NCBI RefSeq assembly: GCF_036321535.1
Contig: NC_087437.1
Coordinates: 37,388,001 to 37,452,000, forward strand
DNA: 64,000 nucleotides
Reading direction: 5' to 3'
From: Camelus dromedarius
Lineage: Eukaryota
Shown here: positions 39,940-53,955 of the stretch, in pieces
Layout: each line of letters opens with the position of its first letter
Numbering within the stretch: position 1 is the first letter of the stretch
Made by a program: the position numbers and the translations under genes
Notes under the pieces: generated by a model
What the model was told of the DNA's origin: nothing
Database searches by the model: none
The model's input: only the letters and a program-made list of their open reading frames with translations

Positions 39940-40570
39940 GGTTGTCTAACCCTTAAGGAGGTAGAACATAACTCCTTGTGCCTTAAGTGTGTGCTACATG
40001 TAGTGATTTTCTTCCAAAGAATACAGTATGGGAAGAGAAGGAGAAAAGAGTGGAAAAACTTTACAAACATTACCTAAAGCCAGGTGATGAAGGTTAACAT
40101 CAACAGTGATAATACCTTTAATGTGATGTGATGAGAATGGTAATTTATCTCTATGATCTTTCTCCCCAAGATGAATAAGCCCATCCCAATCATGGGAAAA
40201 ACACAAGACAAATCTTAACTGAGGGACATTTCACAAAATATCTGATCAGTAACTCTTGAAAATATCAATGTCATCAAAAACAAGAAAAACCTAAAAAAAA
40301 CCAAGAAGTCTTAAGGAGACATGACTAATAAATGTAGCCAAAGGACATCAGGGAAAAACTGAGGAAATCTGAATAAAGTTCAGGCTTTAGTTAATAATAA
40401 TGTATCAATATTGGTTCATTAAGTGACAAGTGTACTATACTTATATAATACACTTATGTAAGACATTAATGAGAGAAACTGAATGTGGGCTATTCGAGAA
40501 CTCTCTGTACTATCTTCCTAATAATTCTTTCAATCTAAAATGAGTCTAAAATCGAAAATTCGCTTTAAAA
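39940..40570 (+). mobile_element. L1MC/L1MD-type 3' end
   Basis: 'gaggaaatctgaataaagt...aatgtatcaatattggttcatt...gaactctctgtactatcttc'. Confidence 0.75.
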
Positions 40571-40943
40571 TGGGGAAAAATTGATTTACGGATCCAAGAT
40601 TCTCAAAACCTTTCAAGTAGGACAAACACACAGCATTCCACATCATGACAATCATACTCAAACTGTTGAATGACTAAAATAAAAATTTGATAGCAGAAAA
40701 GAAAAAAGTGAAACTTAATTATGTATGCGGAAATAAGAAACAACAGTGGTTAAAGATTTGATATAGAGACAAACTATGTATCTTTATAAATGGTCTTAAA
40801 TTTAGATTTTGGTAGTAAAATAGGTTAACTAAAAATACTCATATTATTTGTGCCAATAAACAAAGACCGTATGTTCCTAATAATGAATCTTAGCCCCAAA
40901 GAAGTTTAGGAAGTTAAATATTCCCTCAATAAGACTTTCATAC

Positions 40944-41003
40944 CTTGAGTTTATAATACTTTTTTTCTTCACAGAGTCTCTCCTCTTTACCATATGTCTT
41001 CAG
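40944..41003 (-). pseudogene. Exon remnant, 60 nt (LKTYGKEERLCEEKKYYKLK)
   Basis: ctag acceptor after a pyrimidine-rich tract, AAG|gtatga donor, open symmetric frame. Confidence 0.45.
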
Positions 41004-42649
41004 CTAGTTTGACACAGAGAATAAATGTACTTGAAGATAAATCATTATTCTTTTAAAATATTACTACACTATATTTCCCCCAGCTCAATAATATTTTGCA
41101 GATTTTGTATTTAGACAAATGCAGATAAAGGCAAAGAAAAAGCAGAAATCAATTAACTCTGCTTGTATTGTGCAGATAACGGAGAATCATGAGGTTTTCT
41201 TTTAGAGTAGAGAACAATAAGATAAAAGACGTACTGTGGGGAGATTAATCTAGCAGTCTGTGTGTATGGGATTAATTAATGTTTGAGGGAACGAGAATCA
41301 GTTAATAGAGATCTGTTAAGAAGTCATTTTAAAAAAAAGTCATTTTGTGACAGTACCAGAATGATCTGATCTGTGCAGAGACTCAATTACAAGGAATAAT
41401 AGAGGCTTTATTGAATGCAAAAAAAAATGAAGTACAGAGTACTTAGACCAAAGTAAAAGAGAAGACAGGTCATAGGAAAAATGGGAAACTGTGAACAGAT
41501 AACACTATGCAAAATTCTCTGTGATCTGATCCCAAATAACCTCTCATGCCCTATCCTTTTCCTTCTTTACTCAAACCCAGTTTAGCTCCTGCCAAACAGA
41601 ATTATCTGCTGTTTTCTAATTATGTCATGAACTCATCATCTCTGAGGACATTTACCTGAGATATTCCCTATGCTTTGGCGTGCACAGAGCATCTACACTC
41701 AACTAGATCATTCATTCTTTGAATAACATTAAATAGGTATTTATTAAGTTACTACTTGCAGACAAGGTACTATATTCTGTGGCTGGCAGCTTAGTAGGAA
41801 AGTGAGCAAATGACTCTTGTAGAGCATGGTCAGCCATACTATAAAGGTATGCACAAGTATAGTGCAAAAGTACCAGCGCTGTTAGGTGAGCAAGGACCAG
41901 TGAGTTGGAGATAATGAAGAAGGACAGGGAGACCTTCCTTCAGGGATAACAAGTTAGATCTTACCCATCAAGATCCATTTTTCTAAATCTGACTGATATA
42001 AAAAGTCACCAAGTCTACTTAAGAAGAGCAGATCTTTCATACTCTGTTAATGAGCCTGTGAAGAATTTTAAACAAAGAAAAGTACATAATTAAGTTTGGA
42101 TGTTAGAAAATGATGTTGACAGGTACACATAAGAAGAATTGCAGGTGTTGACTTTACCAGCAGAGAATAGTTGGGAGAAGTAACTTAGGCATCTAGAGTT
42201 GTAGAATTGGAGACAAAGAGAAGATAATTGCAATACATATTTAGAGGTAGTATAAATGACACCTGCTCGATGAGACTTTCATTGATAATTTTTAGGTGGA
42301 AGAGATGTCTCTCTTGAATCACTGTATCTTGCTCATGCAGCTTAAAACATATTGCTATGAATAATCAAATATATTTGTCTACACTTTGCATCACTGCCAT
42401 CTTCCAGAGACATACATGATGTACATACACGTGTTTCTGTGTGTGTGCACAAATGCACATACAGGTACAGGTATTATTAGTTTATCAATTTTGGGGGGAT
42501 GCAAGATCAAATTTATCCAGAAATTAAATGGTGTTGAGTTGCTGCTCAACTACTACTTACTGACTGTTTGAATTAACTAAACCGACAAGATTATAAGGGT
42601 GGCTATTAAAAGAAAACTCTGGTTAAGGATAGGTCTGTGTAATAGGCTA

Positions 42650-42830
42650 GAATTTAGCTTCAGAGTTCTGGCTGAGTCACTAACTACTCTTTTTTAACCA
42701 TTTTAGCCTTTTATCCTAAGTGTAAAATGGGAATAATAATGGCTACCTGCCTCAAAGGGGTGTTGTGAGGACTAGCTAGTTGACAGTTTTAAACTATTTT
42801 GAAGATGGAATGTACTATAAATGCTCCAAG
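42650..42830 (+). mobile_element. MIR SINE
   Basis: Core 'tgtaaaatgggaataataatggctacctgcctcaaaggggtgttgtgagga'. Other MIR-like cores near 27950, 30370, 59190 and 60170. Confidence 0.7.
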
Positions 42831-43575
42831 GAAAGTTTTTAAAAGCACAATGAAGTAAAACCTTTGAACCACAGCATTAGGAAAGTTAGTGTGTCTTTTA
42901 GACTGGCAATCTTCAACCAATAGAAATTCTATGGGAAATGAACTCCACAACATTCTTTATATATATATATATATTTTGCCTCTTCCTACTTTCTTCTTCT
43001 GTAGCTAATATCTGCCCAGTGACTCAATTCAACAGGAAGGTTCCAGTCATGCCATAATTTGAAACAGATGTTACTCATAAAGAAAGAAATGAAATGAAGA
43101 TTATAAAATGGTTATTAATCACTTAGGACAATACAATACAGCACTATATTCAGAATTTACCAGAACTATTTTAAAATTCACTTTTTTACTGGAAATTCAA
43201 GGCTATAGTTGTAGTTGCCTAGAAGCAAAAGTTCACGAAAGAGTAGAAATACTCTTTAATAATTTTCCTAAAACATAAGTATCAGAACTAGGTCAGAATT
43301 TTGTTTTTTCAAAACAATTGCATGTTGCTTTCTTCCAAATGCTAAATGCAATATTTAAAACTCTGAAAAAGAAATTATTTCCTCTAGTCCTTCTGATTGA
43401 GAATATTTACACATTTAAAACCCTATTTTAAAAACAAAAATTCATATGCATAAAATAGAAAAACTGCATGATGGGCAATTTTTGTGGGAAGGAAATGTTC
43501 TTAAATAGAACACAATGACCAACTTCACATGTGCTTTAACAAAGCTGAGACATGTCTTCACTCCTCTATGTTCAC

Positions 43576-43736
43576 CGGCTAAGGATGTAGGCCCATGAAT
43601 CTGACTTTTTAATCTTTACAAAAACTGAGATTGGAAAAAAAATCAAATTTCTTGGTAGAAATAAGCATTCTGCGTCATTAAATCACTAGTTCTTGCCCAA
43701 AAGAGCATGTCCGACTTTAACTATTATGTTTTCAAC
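43576..43736 (-). pseudogene. Possible exon remnant (weak PWWP-like DMLFWART)
   Basis: ccatacag acceptor, CCG|gtgaac donor. Frame reads LKSDMLFWARTSDLMTQNAYFYQENLIFFPISVFVKIKKSDSWAYILS. Confidence 0.25.
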
Positions 43737-44660
43737 CTGTATGGTAAAGTCAAAGTGGCATATTTATTTCTTAATTATATTATAGTACATGATTAAAACA
43801 GCATAGCAGAAAACCCCAAAGTATAAAATACATTTACTTTTAATAAGTAAATTTATTTACTTTTAGTAAAATGTTTTGTCATAAATCTGCATAAATAGTG
43901 TTCACTGGAAGTGTTTTCTTTTTTAAAGATGAATGAGATGTTCCTTAGATACTCAGTAAACACAAGTATCACCCGCTTTTTGAAAGTTCACTTTACATCA
44001 CTTTGCTTTTACAAAAGACCTATATTAGTACTTGTTTTCATTAACCAGAAGAAATATGAAGGGAATTTTTGCTTTTACAGAGGCCAGTAAGTGAAAATAA
44101 TGTTCAGCCTTTGTTTCACAGTGAGACTTTACACCTGCAGTGCCAATTCCTGGCAGCAGTGAGATTCACCCCGCCATTCACACCAAGATTCCCTGGCAAC
44201 TATACTCAGTACATCAGCATCGAGCCACTGTAGCTACGAACTTCTGTCTGTGAGCATCTGTGTTCTATCTTGATTTGTTTTGGTCACTGATTAGCAAGAT
44301 GTGTCCTAAGGTAATTGCTTCTTTGTTTCATGCCATTTAGGGTTATGAAAGTTTTCAGAGGAATGCTCTACTTTTGGATAGTGGGAGAAGCCTGTACCTA
44401 GAAATTAGGTAGGTACATTTAAATGATATGACCATATCCCTGGTAGCCAGTAATTTAGTTAGAAAGGAACTATAAACAGATGTGGATATATTAACAAATA
44501 AGTAATAAACTGAGTGTTGGTGACCCTAGCACAGGTAGGTGAGGTAGAGAAACTAGAAATGAGCTTTGTGAAGAAAACAGGCTTTAGAATAATTGCAATA
44601 AGTTTGACGGGTTGAAGAAAGATTAATGGGCATTTTAGGCAATGATTAAGAGCAAGCTGA

Positions 44661-45425
44661 CCTCCTTGGTTAAATTTTCTCTTATGTTTATTAGTCTTGT
44701 TGATGCAATTGTTAATAGGATTGTTTTCCTAATTTCTCTTTCTGGTAGTTCATATTAGTGTATAAAAATGAAAATAATTTTGTATATTACTTTTGTATCT
44801 TGCACTTTAACTGAATTTGTTAAAAAAGGTTTTTACAATTTTTTGCTGGAGTCTGGGAGAAAATATTTGCATATCATACATCTAGTAAGGAGTTAATATC
44901 CAAAATATATAAAGAGATCACATAGCTCAATAGCAAAAAAAAGCCCAAACAATCCAATTAAAAACTAGACAGAGAATTGAATAGACATTTTTCTAAAGAA
45001 GACATACAAATGGCCCACTGGTATATGGAAAAATGCTCAACATAACTAATTATGAGAGAAATGCAATCTAAACCACAATGAGATATTACCTCACATTTGT
45101 TAGGATGGCTGTCATCAAAAAGATAACTGTGGGCAAGGATGTGGAAAAAAGGGAATCACTGTGCACTGTCAGTGGGAATGTAACTGGTGCAGCCACTATG
45201 GACAACAGTATGAAGCTTCCTCAAAAAATTAAAAATAGAAGTATCATATGATCCAGCCATCCCACATTTGGGTATATGTCCAAAGGAAATGAAAACAAGA
45301 TATCCAAAAGACATCTGTATTCTTATGTTCATTACAGCATTATTCATGTAGCAAAGACACAGAAACAACCCAGTGTCCATGAATGGGTGAATGGATAAAG
45401 AAAATGCAGTGTGTATATATATGCA

Positions 45426-45485
<60 letters not shown>

Positions 45486-45998
45486 AAAGGAATAGTCATA
45501 TGAAAAAAAGACATCCTGCTGTTTGCAACAACATGGATGGAACTTGAGGGCACTACACTAAGTGAAATAAGCCAGACAGAGAAAGATAATTACTGCATGG
45601 GATCACTTACATGTGGAATATTTTTTTTAAGTCACACTCAAATAAACAGAAGTAAAAAAGTGGTTGCCAGGGGTTGTGGGGTGGGGAAAAGAGGGAGCGC
45701 TTGGTAAAAGCATTTAAACTTTCAGCTGTAAGATGAATAAGGCCTGAGGATTTTATGTATAACATGGTAACTATAGTTGACAACATTGTACAATTGAAAT
45801 TTGCTGACAGAATAGAACCCAAATGTTCTCACCAAAAAAAAAAAAAAAAAGCTAAATATGTGAGGTAATAGATGTATTAATTAACAAGATGGGTATTAAC
45901 TAGGGGGGAATCCTTTCATTGTAATATCAAATCATCATGATGTACTATTACATGTCTTGTAATTTTGTCAATTATACCTCAGTAAAGCTGGAAAAAAG
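44661..45998 (+). mobile_element. L1MA-type element with 5' inversion (44661-~44852 antisense)
   Basis: Antisense ORF2 piece abuts sense ORF2 end plus 3' UTR ending 'caattatacctcagtaaagctggaaaaaa'; degenerate TSD aagagcaagctga / aagaagcacgttga. Confidence 0.8.
45429..45481. repeat. (TA)n microsatellite within L1
   Basis: Direct reading. Confidence 0.95.
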
Positions 45999-46390
45999 AA
46001 GCACGTTGAAAGTGAGAGAACTAAAAAATATCTGTATCTTATAAGCGGAAAGTAGTCAGGAATCACAAATAATCAAACAGAATCGCTGTAATAGATGAGT
46101 CAGGTAGACTGCATGTAGGGTCTAGAGAACTAGGTAAATCGAATGCAAGGCTGCTGAGCATTTCTGTATTAATCACTACTGTATTTCTAGCCTCTAGAAT
46201 AGTCTCACCATATAATAGGAGTTCAATAAATATTTGTTGACTAAACAAATGAAACATGGATTTGTAACTTGAAGTGGTAAGCAGTATGGCTCCATTGCAG
46301 CTCCTTGAGTGAAAGAGTGACAAGATGAAATATGTTTAGTGAGCTTATTTTGGCAGTGGTTGTGTGAGGTGACACTAGAGGAATAATTAC

Positions 46391-46468
46391 ATGGCACTCT
46401 TGATGGAACCATTTCTACTTGAGGATGCTGCTTGACTCAGTCATCTATTGAACATCTCATCATCTATG
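46391..46468 (-). pseudogene. Exon remnant with PHD-finger-like motif
   Basis: ttttttcctttgaaag acceptor, gtaatt donor. Reads MMRCSIDD* and, after a frameshift, KWFHQECH (46394-46414 = KWFHQEC), as in PHD M-x-x-C...WFHxxC. Confidence 0.5.
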
Positions 46469-49400
46469 CTTTCAAAGGAAAAAATCCAACATTACAAATA
46501 CTATCAATTGAATCAATCTGACATTTATGCCTTATGATATCTTGCTGAGCTATCACAGCATTTGCATTATACATAAGCAGTGAACCAAGAAGGAAAGGCT
46601 TTGTATCCACTACATTTGGCAGCAAAGCTGTATCAAATCCATTCTACATTTATATTAAAGTTGACATCGGTGTGTCTGTGCCTGCAGAAAATGGAGGGCC
46701 GAAGAAGAAACACTATTTGCTCTTGGATTTAAGTCTTAGAACAAAATGAACAAAATTAAAACTAAGACAAAATGACAAAAATAATAAACCAGAAATATTC
46801 TGTTCTTTCATTATAAACATGTTTGTCAACATAAAGTCTAATTTTGAAAGCATCAAGAACCAAGAGGCTTAACATTCAAATATGTTTTGATGATTTTTTA
46901 AAAAGGTAATATATAATTGTTTATTCTTATTCTTCAGTTTCATGTCATTTTCCTTGCACTAAATAGGTTCAGAGTTGTGATAATCTAGATGCTCTGATTT
47001 TATCATCATCATTATTAGTAAAAATTATGACTACTATTATTATATTGGTTATAATTTATTTTTGTTATTGATAACAATACTTCAACATCTGTATAAAGCT
47101 CTATTTTCACATGCATTATTTCAATTAGCCTCAGTAAGCAAGGGGTTTGGATGGGGCACGTAATTATCTTTATTTTATAGATGGCGAATCTACAGAGATA
47201 CTAGATAATTCCATGTCACCCAATCATTACAGAACTAGAGTATTTAAAATCCTCATTTTTTTTTTACTCTACCACACTGTGTTTTTTCCTACTGCTTTGC
47301 TTTCACAAGGGAACTCTCTTCCTCCTTTAATCTCTGGCCAAAATTAAAAATTATCACTGGAATACTGAGCTTGTCCAAATTCATTATTGAGCTAATTGAG
47401 AACAAAACATTTTGTCTTAGCTTAAATGAGTGAAATTCTACTTTATTTTCAACATGGGAATAGATGAGGAGCTGTGTTAGATAACTGAATTAGTACCCTG
47501 CATAAACATATACACTATATTATGGCCTAATAATTTTCTTTACCCTTCGATAAAAGGGAACTTAGAAGCAAAGAAGATAAAAGGGACAATTTTCAAAAGT
47601 TTTCTGGAAGCCATATTTTGTACATTTTAAAATTCTGGCATAATGGTTCTATGTTTTCCTAACGAGTAACAAAGTCAGATAACTAATACTCAACAAGTAC
47701 TGCACTACTCTATAGAGAAGCTCTGTTCTTCATCCTTCATCTATTTGACTAGTCAATATTATTATCCAATACTAGCTCCTAATACAAGGATTTAAAAAGT
47801 TATTGTCTACTATACATTTGTAATTGTCACTCTAAAGTATTAGTTTAATACTACTCAAATGGTGAAAAATGGTAAAAATTAGATTCTACCCATTAAATAA
47901 TAAGCTCTTTTTCCCTGATATAACAGAAATAACATAAACATCTTGAACTGAATTATTGAACTGTCATAAACAGAGTCATGTCAGAGATAGAAGAAAATCA
48001 TTCTAAAGGCATAAAATTACTTTAGAAAGAACTGACTAAAACCTCATTAAACTATTTCATATACTTAAGGGAAAAGTATATTTCTTTAACAAGGGCTCTG
48101 CTTGGCTCTGGAAACATCAGAAAAGTATATTTTGCACATGCTCATTCAAGGTACTTAAGAGCCTTTAAGAAGCAGAAAAATCTGTATTTGGGATATGAAT
48201 GAATCAGTTTGTCTTAGCAGAATGATGCTTTTCCACATTCAGATCACAGACACACATTCAGATCATCAAATACATTTATGATTTTAATTTGACTTTCAGT
48301 CTCGCATATGTACAGATAGCATCTTAGTCATATTTGGGCCTTTAGTGTAGCTTGCTGAAGGAAAGAAAATGTGCTGATCCACCTTTGAGTTCTGGCATTA
48401 AACATCTGTCTCTAGGGGCTGGGTTAATGTGAGCCTGCTCTCGTGAGACAAATCTATTCTTAGTGTGTTGATACATCCAGTCCTTGTGCTTGCCAAGGCT
48501 AAAGAACTGACTGCAGGCAGCTGCAGTGATCACTCAAAAATAATGAGAACAGATGAGACATCCTGGAGAGAGCCAACGCCTTTCTTGCAACCCATGTGCC
48601 CAAGGCAACTTTTATTTCTACTTCAACATTTAGCACTTATACTACATATTCAGAATCATGATAGCAGTTCCTGAGAATTCAGAGTGAGAAAACTTGGGCA
48701 TTTTCCAAGGAACTTAAAATCTCATTTATGAAATAATTTTATTCTTGTTTGAAAAAAGACAATGATTGAGAATTCTAAATATGACAGACAACAGTATGTT
48801 AAGATTAGAATGCCAATTCCTTTATTTCACATCAACATGTAAGAAGAAAGCTTTTCCCATCCTATGTTCATACAGTGACCAGGGTGATCATCTTAAATCA
48901 TATTTGGTAATCTCTCTGCAAAAAAATCCTTTAAATGGGCCTACTACTGCACTTAGAACAAAATGCAGTATCTATAACATGAGCTTGCATCTGTCTTATG
49001 CTTAACTGTCCATGCCCATCTCACACCGCTCTCCCCTTTTCTAACCACTCTCCAGTTTCAATGACCTTCTTCCTATTTGGGGTCAGGTTCCCTAGAAACA
49101 GACTCTGAGAAAGAGACATGTGCTCAGGAGGTTTAGTGTGGAGTTCTACCGGAGCTGAAAGGAAGTGAAGGAAGAAGTAGTTTAAGCAAAAGTAGTTGAA
49201 AAAGGATGCAATTAAACCAAAGCCTAAGCTGGTCTCACAGGGAGCTCTGTAGCTTGAATGGCCTTTCAGCTGCCCAAATGCAGGCAATGTGCCCAGGCCT
49301 GTGCTTCCATCCTGAAAGGGGAGTCTTGACAGTGCCTCACAACATCCACTATGTCTGGATTCTCTGAACAGATGAACATCTCTCCCAACTCAGGGCCTTG

Positions 49401-49914
49401 ACTCATGTTTTTCTGAGCCTTTTGTCTGAGATTCTCCCCTCCTCCACCATCCTACTACCATCACTGCCTGGAAGTTCTGGTTCATTTTTCAGGTCATTTG
49501 GGAAATTATAAATTCTTCACAAAGCTTCTCTTTGTTTCCTTAGCCTAAATTACATATTCCTTTAAAACTCTTTCTTAGCAACCTGTACTTATTTACATAA
49601 AATTAATAAAAGATGGAATTATATTTTCTTGTATAGTATTTGTATTTAGTACTGCTTTTCTCCACTGATTTTATACTGTAATCCTGCAGTGTGCAGTTTT
49701 GTCACATCTGTATAGTTAGCACATAGCCCCAGTGACTTAAACATCACAGATGCCTAATAACTTCATGTAACTGAAAGAGTCATGGTTCTTCTTTCCCTTA
49801 GGCTCCAGGAATTGCTGACATTTCCTACTCACTATAATAAATTTAAAATTAACACTGTTGATTTTTGTTATGAATTGTATGCTGTTTGTATTAGAATTGT
49901 CTCTGATATTCAAA

Positions 49915-50075
49915 CACAGATGGTCTCAAATTTGGCTTGCACTGGAATCACCTGCAGGGCTTGTTAGAGCTCAGAGTGCTTGGTCCCATCCCCAACATTC
50001 TGCTCCAGTACGTCTAGGTCAGGGCTCTGTATTTGCACTAATGTTGATGCTGCTATTCCAGGGGTGGCACTTTGA
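49915..50075. mobile_element. MER5-like hAT-Charlie MITE
   Basis: 'cagatggtctcaaa...gaatcacctgcagggcttgttaga...cactttgagaacactg'. Confidence 0.7.
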
Positions 50076-50687
50076 GAACACTGTTGTAGGGAAACTTTCA
50101 GATGAACACAGGGTTGCTTATAGCAATTTGGGCAATGGTCTTATCTTCATGAAGTCATCTTGTGGGACAGGATATAGGCGATCATATGCCAAACCCAATT
50201 TGAACATTTTTGATGAAGACATATATAGTGAGTTGTAAAACTGCATTCATCACATTATCAGAATTTAAAGCAAGAAAAATTATCACAGTAAATGGAGAAA
50301 ACAACTATCCATCCTGCTCTGTAAAAAACAGGAGGAAAGTAAGGGAGATGCAATCACTGACATGGCCGTTTTTTTCTTGGCTGTCCACCACGGCCAAATG
50401 ATGGGATGTAAATTCCAACAGAAGCTTTTGGTAAGGAGACAATGTATAGCTCGAAGGGAATGGAGAGACCCATAGCACAGATAGGAGTCCCTTTTGATTA
50501 AAGGAAGTGGGAAACAGTTTTATTAATTACCATAGACAAAGACAAGAAAATCTAGACAGAACTCCAGGAAACTTTCTGTGTACTGCACTGATTCAGATCT
50601 GGGTCTCCACTGCCTTTATGTGCAATAGTATTTATGTGAGTACACATAACAAGAAACCAGTCCCTCAGTCAGCAATCCAAGGCATGA

Positions 50688-52080
50688 GAACACACTGAAT
50701 AAACAATGGATTACAGAAAAAATCAAAAGAAGAATCAAAAATATCTTGAGACAAATGGAAAAGTATACACAATATACTAAAACTTATGGGATACAGCAAA
50801 AGTATTTCTAAGTGAAAAGTTTATAGCAATAAATGCCTATGTTAAAAAAATGAAAAACCTCAAATAAACATTTAACTATACATCTCAAGGAACTAGGAAA
50901 AATGAGCAAACTGATCCTAAAATTAGCAGAAGGAAGGAAATAAAGAACAAAGTGGCCATAAGTGAAATAAAGACTAAAAACACAATTAAAAAACTCAGTG
51001 AAACTAAGAGCTACTTTTTTGAAAAAATAAACAACATAGTTAAAACTTTAGCTAGGTTAAGCAACAAAAAAAAAAAAAAAAAAAGAGAGAGAGAGAGAGG
51101 ACTTGAATAAATGAAAGAGGAGAAATTACAACATGTGATAAACAAATACAAAGGATCATGAGAAACTACTGTGAACAATTACATGCCAACAAATTGGATA
51201 ACCTATAAGGGACAGATAAATTTCCAGAAATGTATAACCTACAAAGACTGAATCACAAAGAAATACAAAGTCTTACCATATTCACTGGCTTATTTATTTA
51301 TTTAAATGTGATATCACCTTGTACCTATTAGCAAGACTATTTTCAAAAAGACAAGAGATAAATACTGATAAGGATATGAAGAAAAGCAAACCGTTATATA
51401 CTGGTTGGTGAGAATGTAGATTGGTTCAGGCCACTATAGGAGACAACATGGAGATTACTCAAAAAACTAAAAATAGAATGACCATACAATCCAGCAATTC
51501 TCTTCTTGGTATATACCCAAAGGAAACAAAATCATTATATTGAAGAGGTATCTGCACTCCCATCTTCACTGCAGTATTATTCACAATATCCAAGATATGG
51601 AAACCCAATAAAATAGATATAGATGCTATACACACACACTGGAATATTATTCAGCCTTAAAAAAAGAATGATATCTTTTATTTGCATAAATAGATGAAGC
51701 TGGAGGGCATTATGCTAAGTGAAATAAAGCAGAGAAAGAAAAATATTGCATGGTATCACTTAGATGTGAAATCTAAAAACACACACAAAAAACTCACAAA
51801 ATAGAGAATAGATGTGATTGCAGGGACTGGAGGGTGAGGGAAATAGGGAGAGGCTGATAAAAGGGTACAAACTTTTAGCTAAAAGATGAGTAAGTTCTGA
51901 GGATAATAATGTATAGCATGGGTGACTGTAGCTGGTAACAAATTATTGCATAATTGAAATTTGCTGAGAGTGGAACTTAAATATTCTCACCTAAATAAAT
52001 AAATAAGTGATCCAGTGTTAATTAACTTGATGGGAGAGTACTTTCACAATATACATGTATATTAAATCATCATGACATAT
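50688..52080 (+). mobile_element. L1MA-type element with a large internal deletion
   Basis: ORF2 N-terminal-region piece (50688-51280) joined to ORF2 end and 3' UTR (51310-52080). Confidence 0.85.
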
Positions 52081-52084
52081 CCCT

Positions 52085-52533
52085 TCAATGTCTTAGTTTA
52101 TTATGAGGAACAGGCTCACATGATTGTGGAGGTTGAAAAAGTTTCATGATTTGCCATTTGCCAGCTGGAGACTCAAGAAAGTTGGTGGTGTCATTCAGTC
52201 TGAGTCTGAAAGCCTGAGAAACAGAGTAGTTGATGGTGTAAATCCCTATCTGAGGGCCTGAGAAGATATGAGATAGCTCCACACAAGCAGTGAGGCAGGA
52301 AAAAAGGAGCAAATTTCTCCTTCCCAAATTCCTCCTTCCTCCATTTTTTGTTTTATTTAGGCCCTCTACGAACTAGATGATGTTCACCCATAATGAGAAG
52401 GGTCATCTGCTGTACTGAGTCCACCAATTCAAATCCTGATCTATCTGAAAATGCTCTCACAGATACACTCAGAAATAACGTTTAATCTGACATTCCATAG
52501 CCTGCCAGGTCGACAAATAAAATTAACCATCAC
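52085..52533 (-). mobile_element. MLT2 solo LTR
   Basis: 'ggctcacatgattgtggagg...ccagctggagactcaagaaag...aaattaaccatcaca'. Confidence 0.8.
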
Positions 52534-53849
52534 AGCAATTTAGCAATAAAAAATAGTTTTTGAATATAGAAAGAGCCTATTTTTATCTGACATGCATATC
52601 TTCACTTGGATATTCAGAAATCTAAGCTAAATGTAAGTTATTTCTCTCCTTGTAAATTTTTGCAAGCATCAGTTAATTCTGAACATTAGTCTTCTAGACA
52701 CTATCCTCATACAAGTTTACCATTTTTATTTAGGTTGAGCATTGGCTATGTGCCTCAATTCAGAGCTTTCTTTCTCACATCTGAGTTCATCAGTGTACCC
52801 TGCTTTCCACATTGACTTAGGGTTTTTTAAATCCTCTTCATCCTGACCATACGTGATGATTCAAAAGCTACTTATCTTGTTACACCAAGCTGTCTTCCCA
52901 ATTGTCCCTTTTAAAACATCAGGAACTTTTTATTTTATAATTTAAAAGTTTTTCTTTAAATCCTAACTAATGAACATGTTTGTTTCTGCCAAGTCATCTC
53001 CACCTTGTTTGTCTTATCCCTACATTTCTTCTAAGACGCTTATGCATTTCATTTCACCGAATTCCTCATTTTAAAGGAACAGCCCTTCCTCTTATTATTT
53101 CCTCTTTATTTTGGGAGAGCAGTAAATCCTTTTATGTATGTGTATTTGTGTGTGTGTATATATATATACATGTATATGTATATATAAAGAAGGTTTTAAT
53201 TATGTAGGAAGATACTTGATAGAGGTAAGAATGAAAGCAAGTGGCTCTAGTTATCCAGATAAGGTAAGGAGTAGTGCAGTTATGAATTAATTATTTTAAT
53301 AAATTATCTCAATAAACCATAGTTAAATTAAATTAATAATACATCAATAAAATATATCATACATCAAATATTAGTATATTAAATTGATAGCAAAAATTAG
53401 TCTTGATTACATTCTAAATCAGGACAATTTCTATTTGTTTTCATTTTTATTTTGTCCTATTTCAAATGTCTCTATGTCAATTCTCCTATATTGATGCGCT
53501 TCTGTTCCAATTGGATAATTTTCTTTAAAAAATTTTAATGGCAGGTATTTTGAAAAAAAGGACTTTTTAATATTTGCAAAGTATACAGATGTTTATAAAG
53601 AGATATATAACATGTTAAAAGAAAAGTTATCGTTACCTAATTTATTTCACATGCCTTATATTTTTTAACTTTGGAATGCTGATTTATGAAGTTATAGCAA
53701 GCAGAAACATTCTCTTCCATAAAATGCTAGAACTGAACTTAAACATAACTAAATTAACTAAATTTTAGCAATTTTAAAGCATATTTTTGCTGGTACAGGA
53801 TTACTTTAGAATCATGAGAAACTAGAAAAATAACATGATAGGCTCTTAC

Positions 53850-53955
53850 TTTGGTATATGGTTCAGAGTAATTGTGGCATATCCAAATTACAACTATATT
53901 TTAAACTCCATTTTCAAAGAATACATGCATTACTAGGCAACATATGAATTGTTAA
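53850..53955 (-). pseudogene. Possible exon remnant (Cys/His-containing)
   Basis: cctgcag acceptor and AAA|gtaaga donor. One frame reads *QFICCLVMHVFFENGV*NIVVIWICHNYSEPYTK. No firm motif. Confidence 0.25.

Larger units (their letters stand above)
37860..40740 (+). mobile_element. Old L1 5'/ORF1 remnant with nested insertions
   Basis: ORF1-like 'aaatatgttcaaagaattaaag...aatggaaattctagacttg...aattcactag' at 39000-39200, resuming at 39710 and 40580. The 5' boundary is uncertain. Confidence 0.6.
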
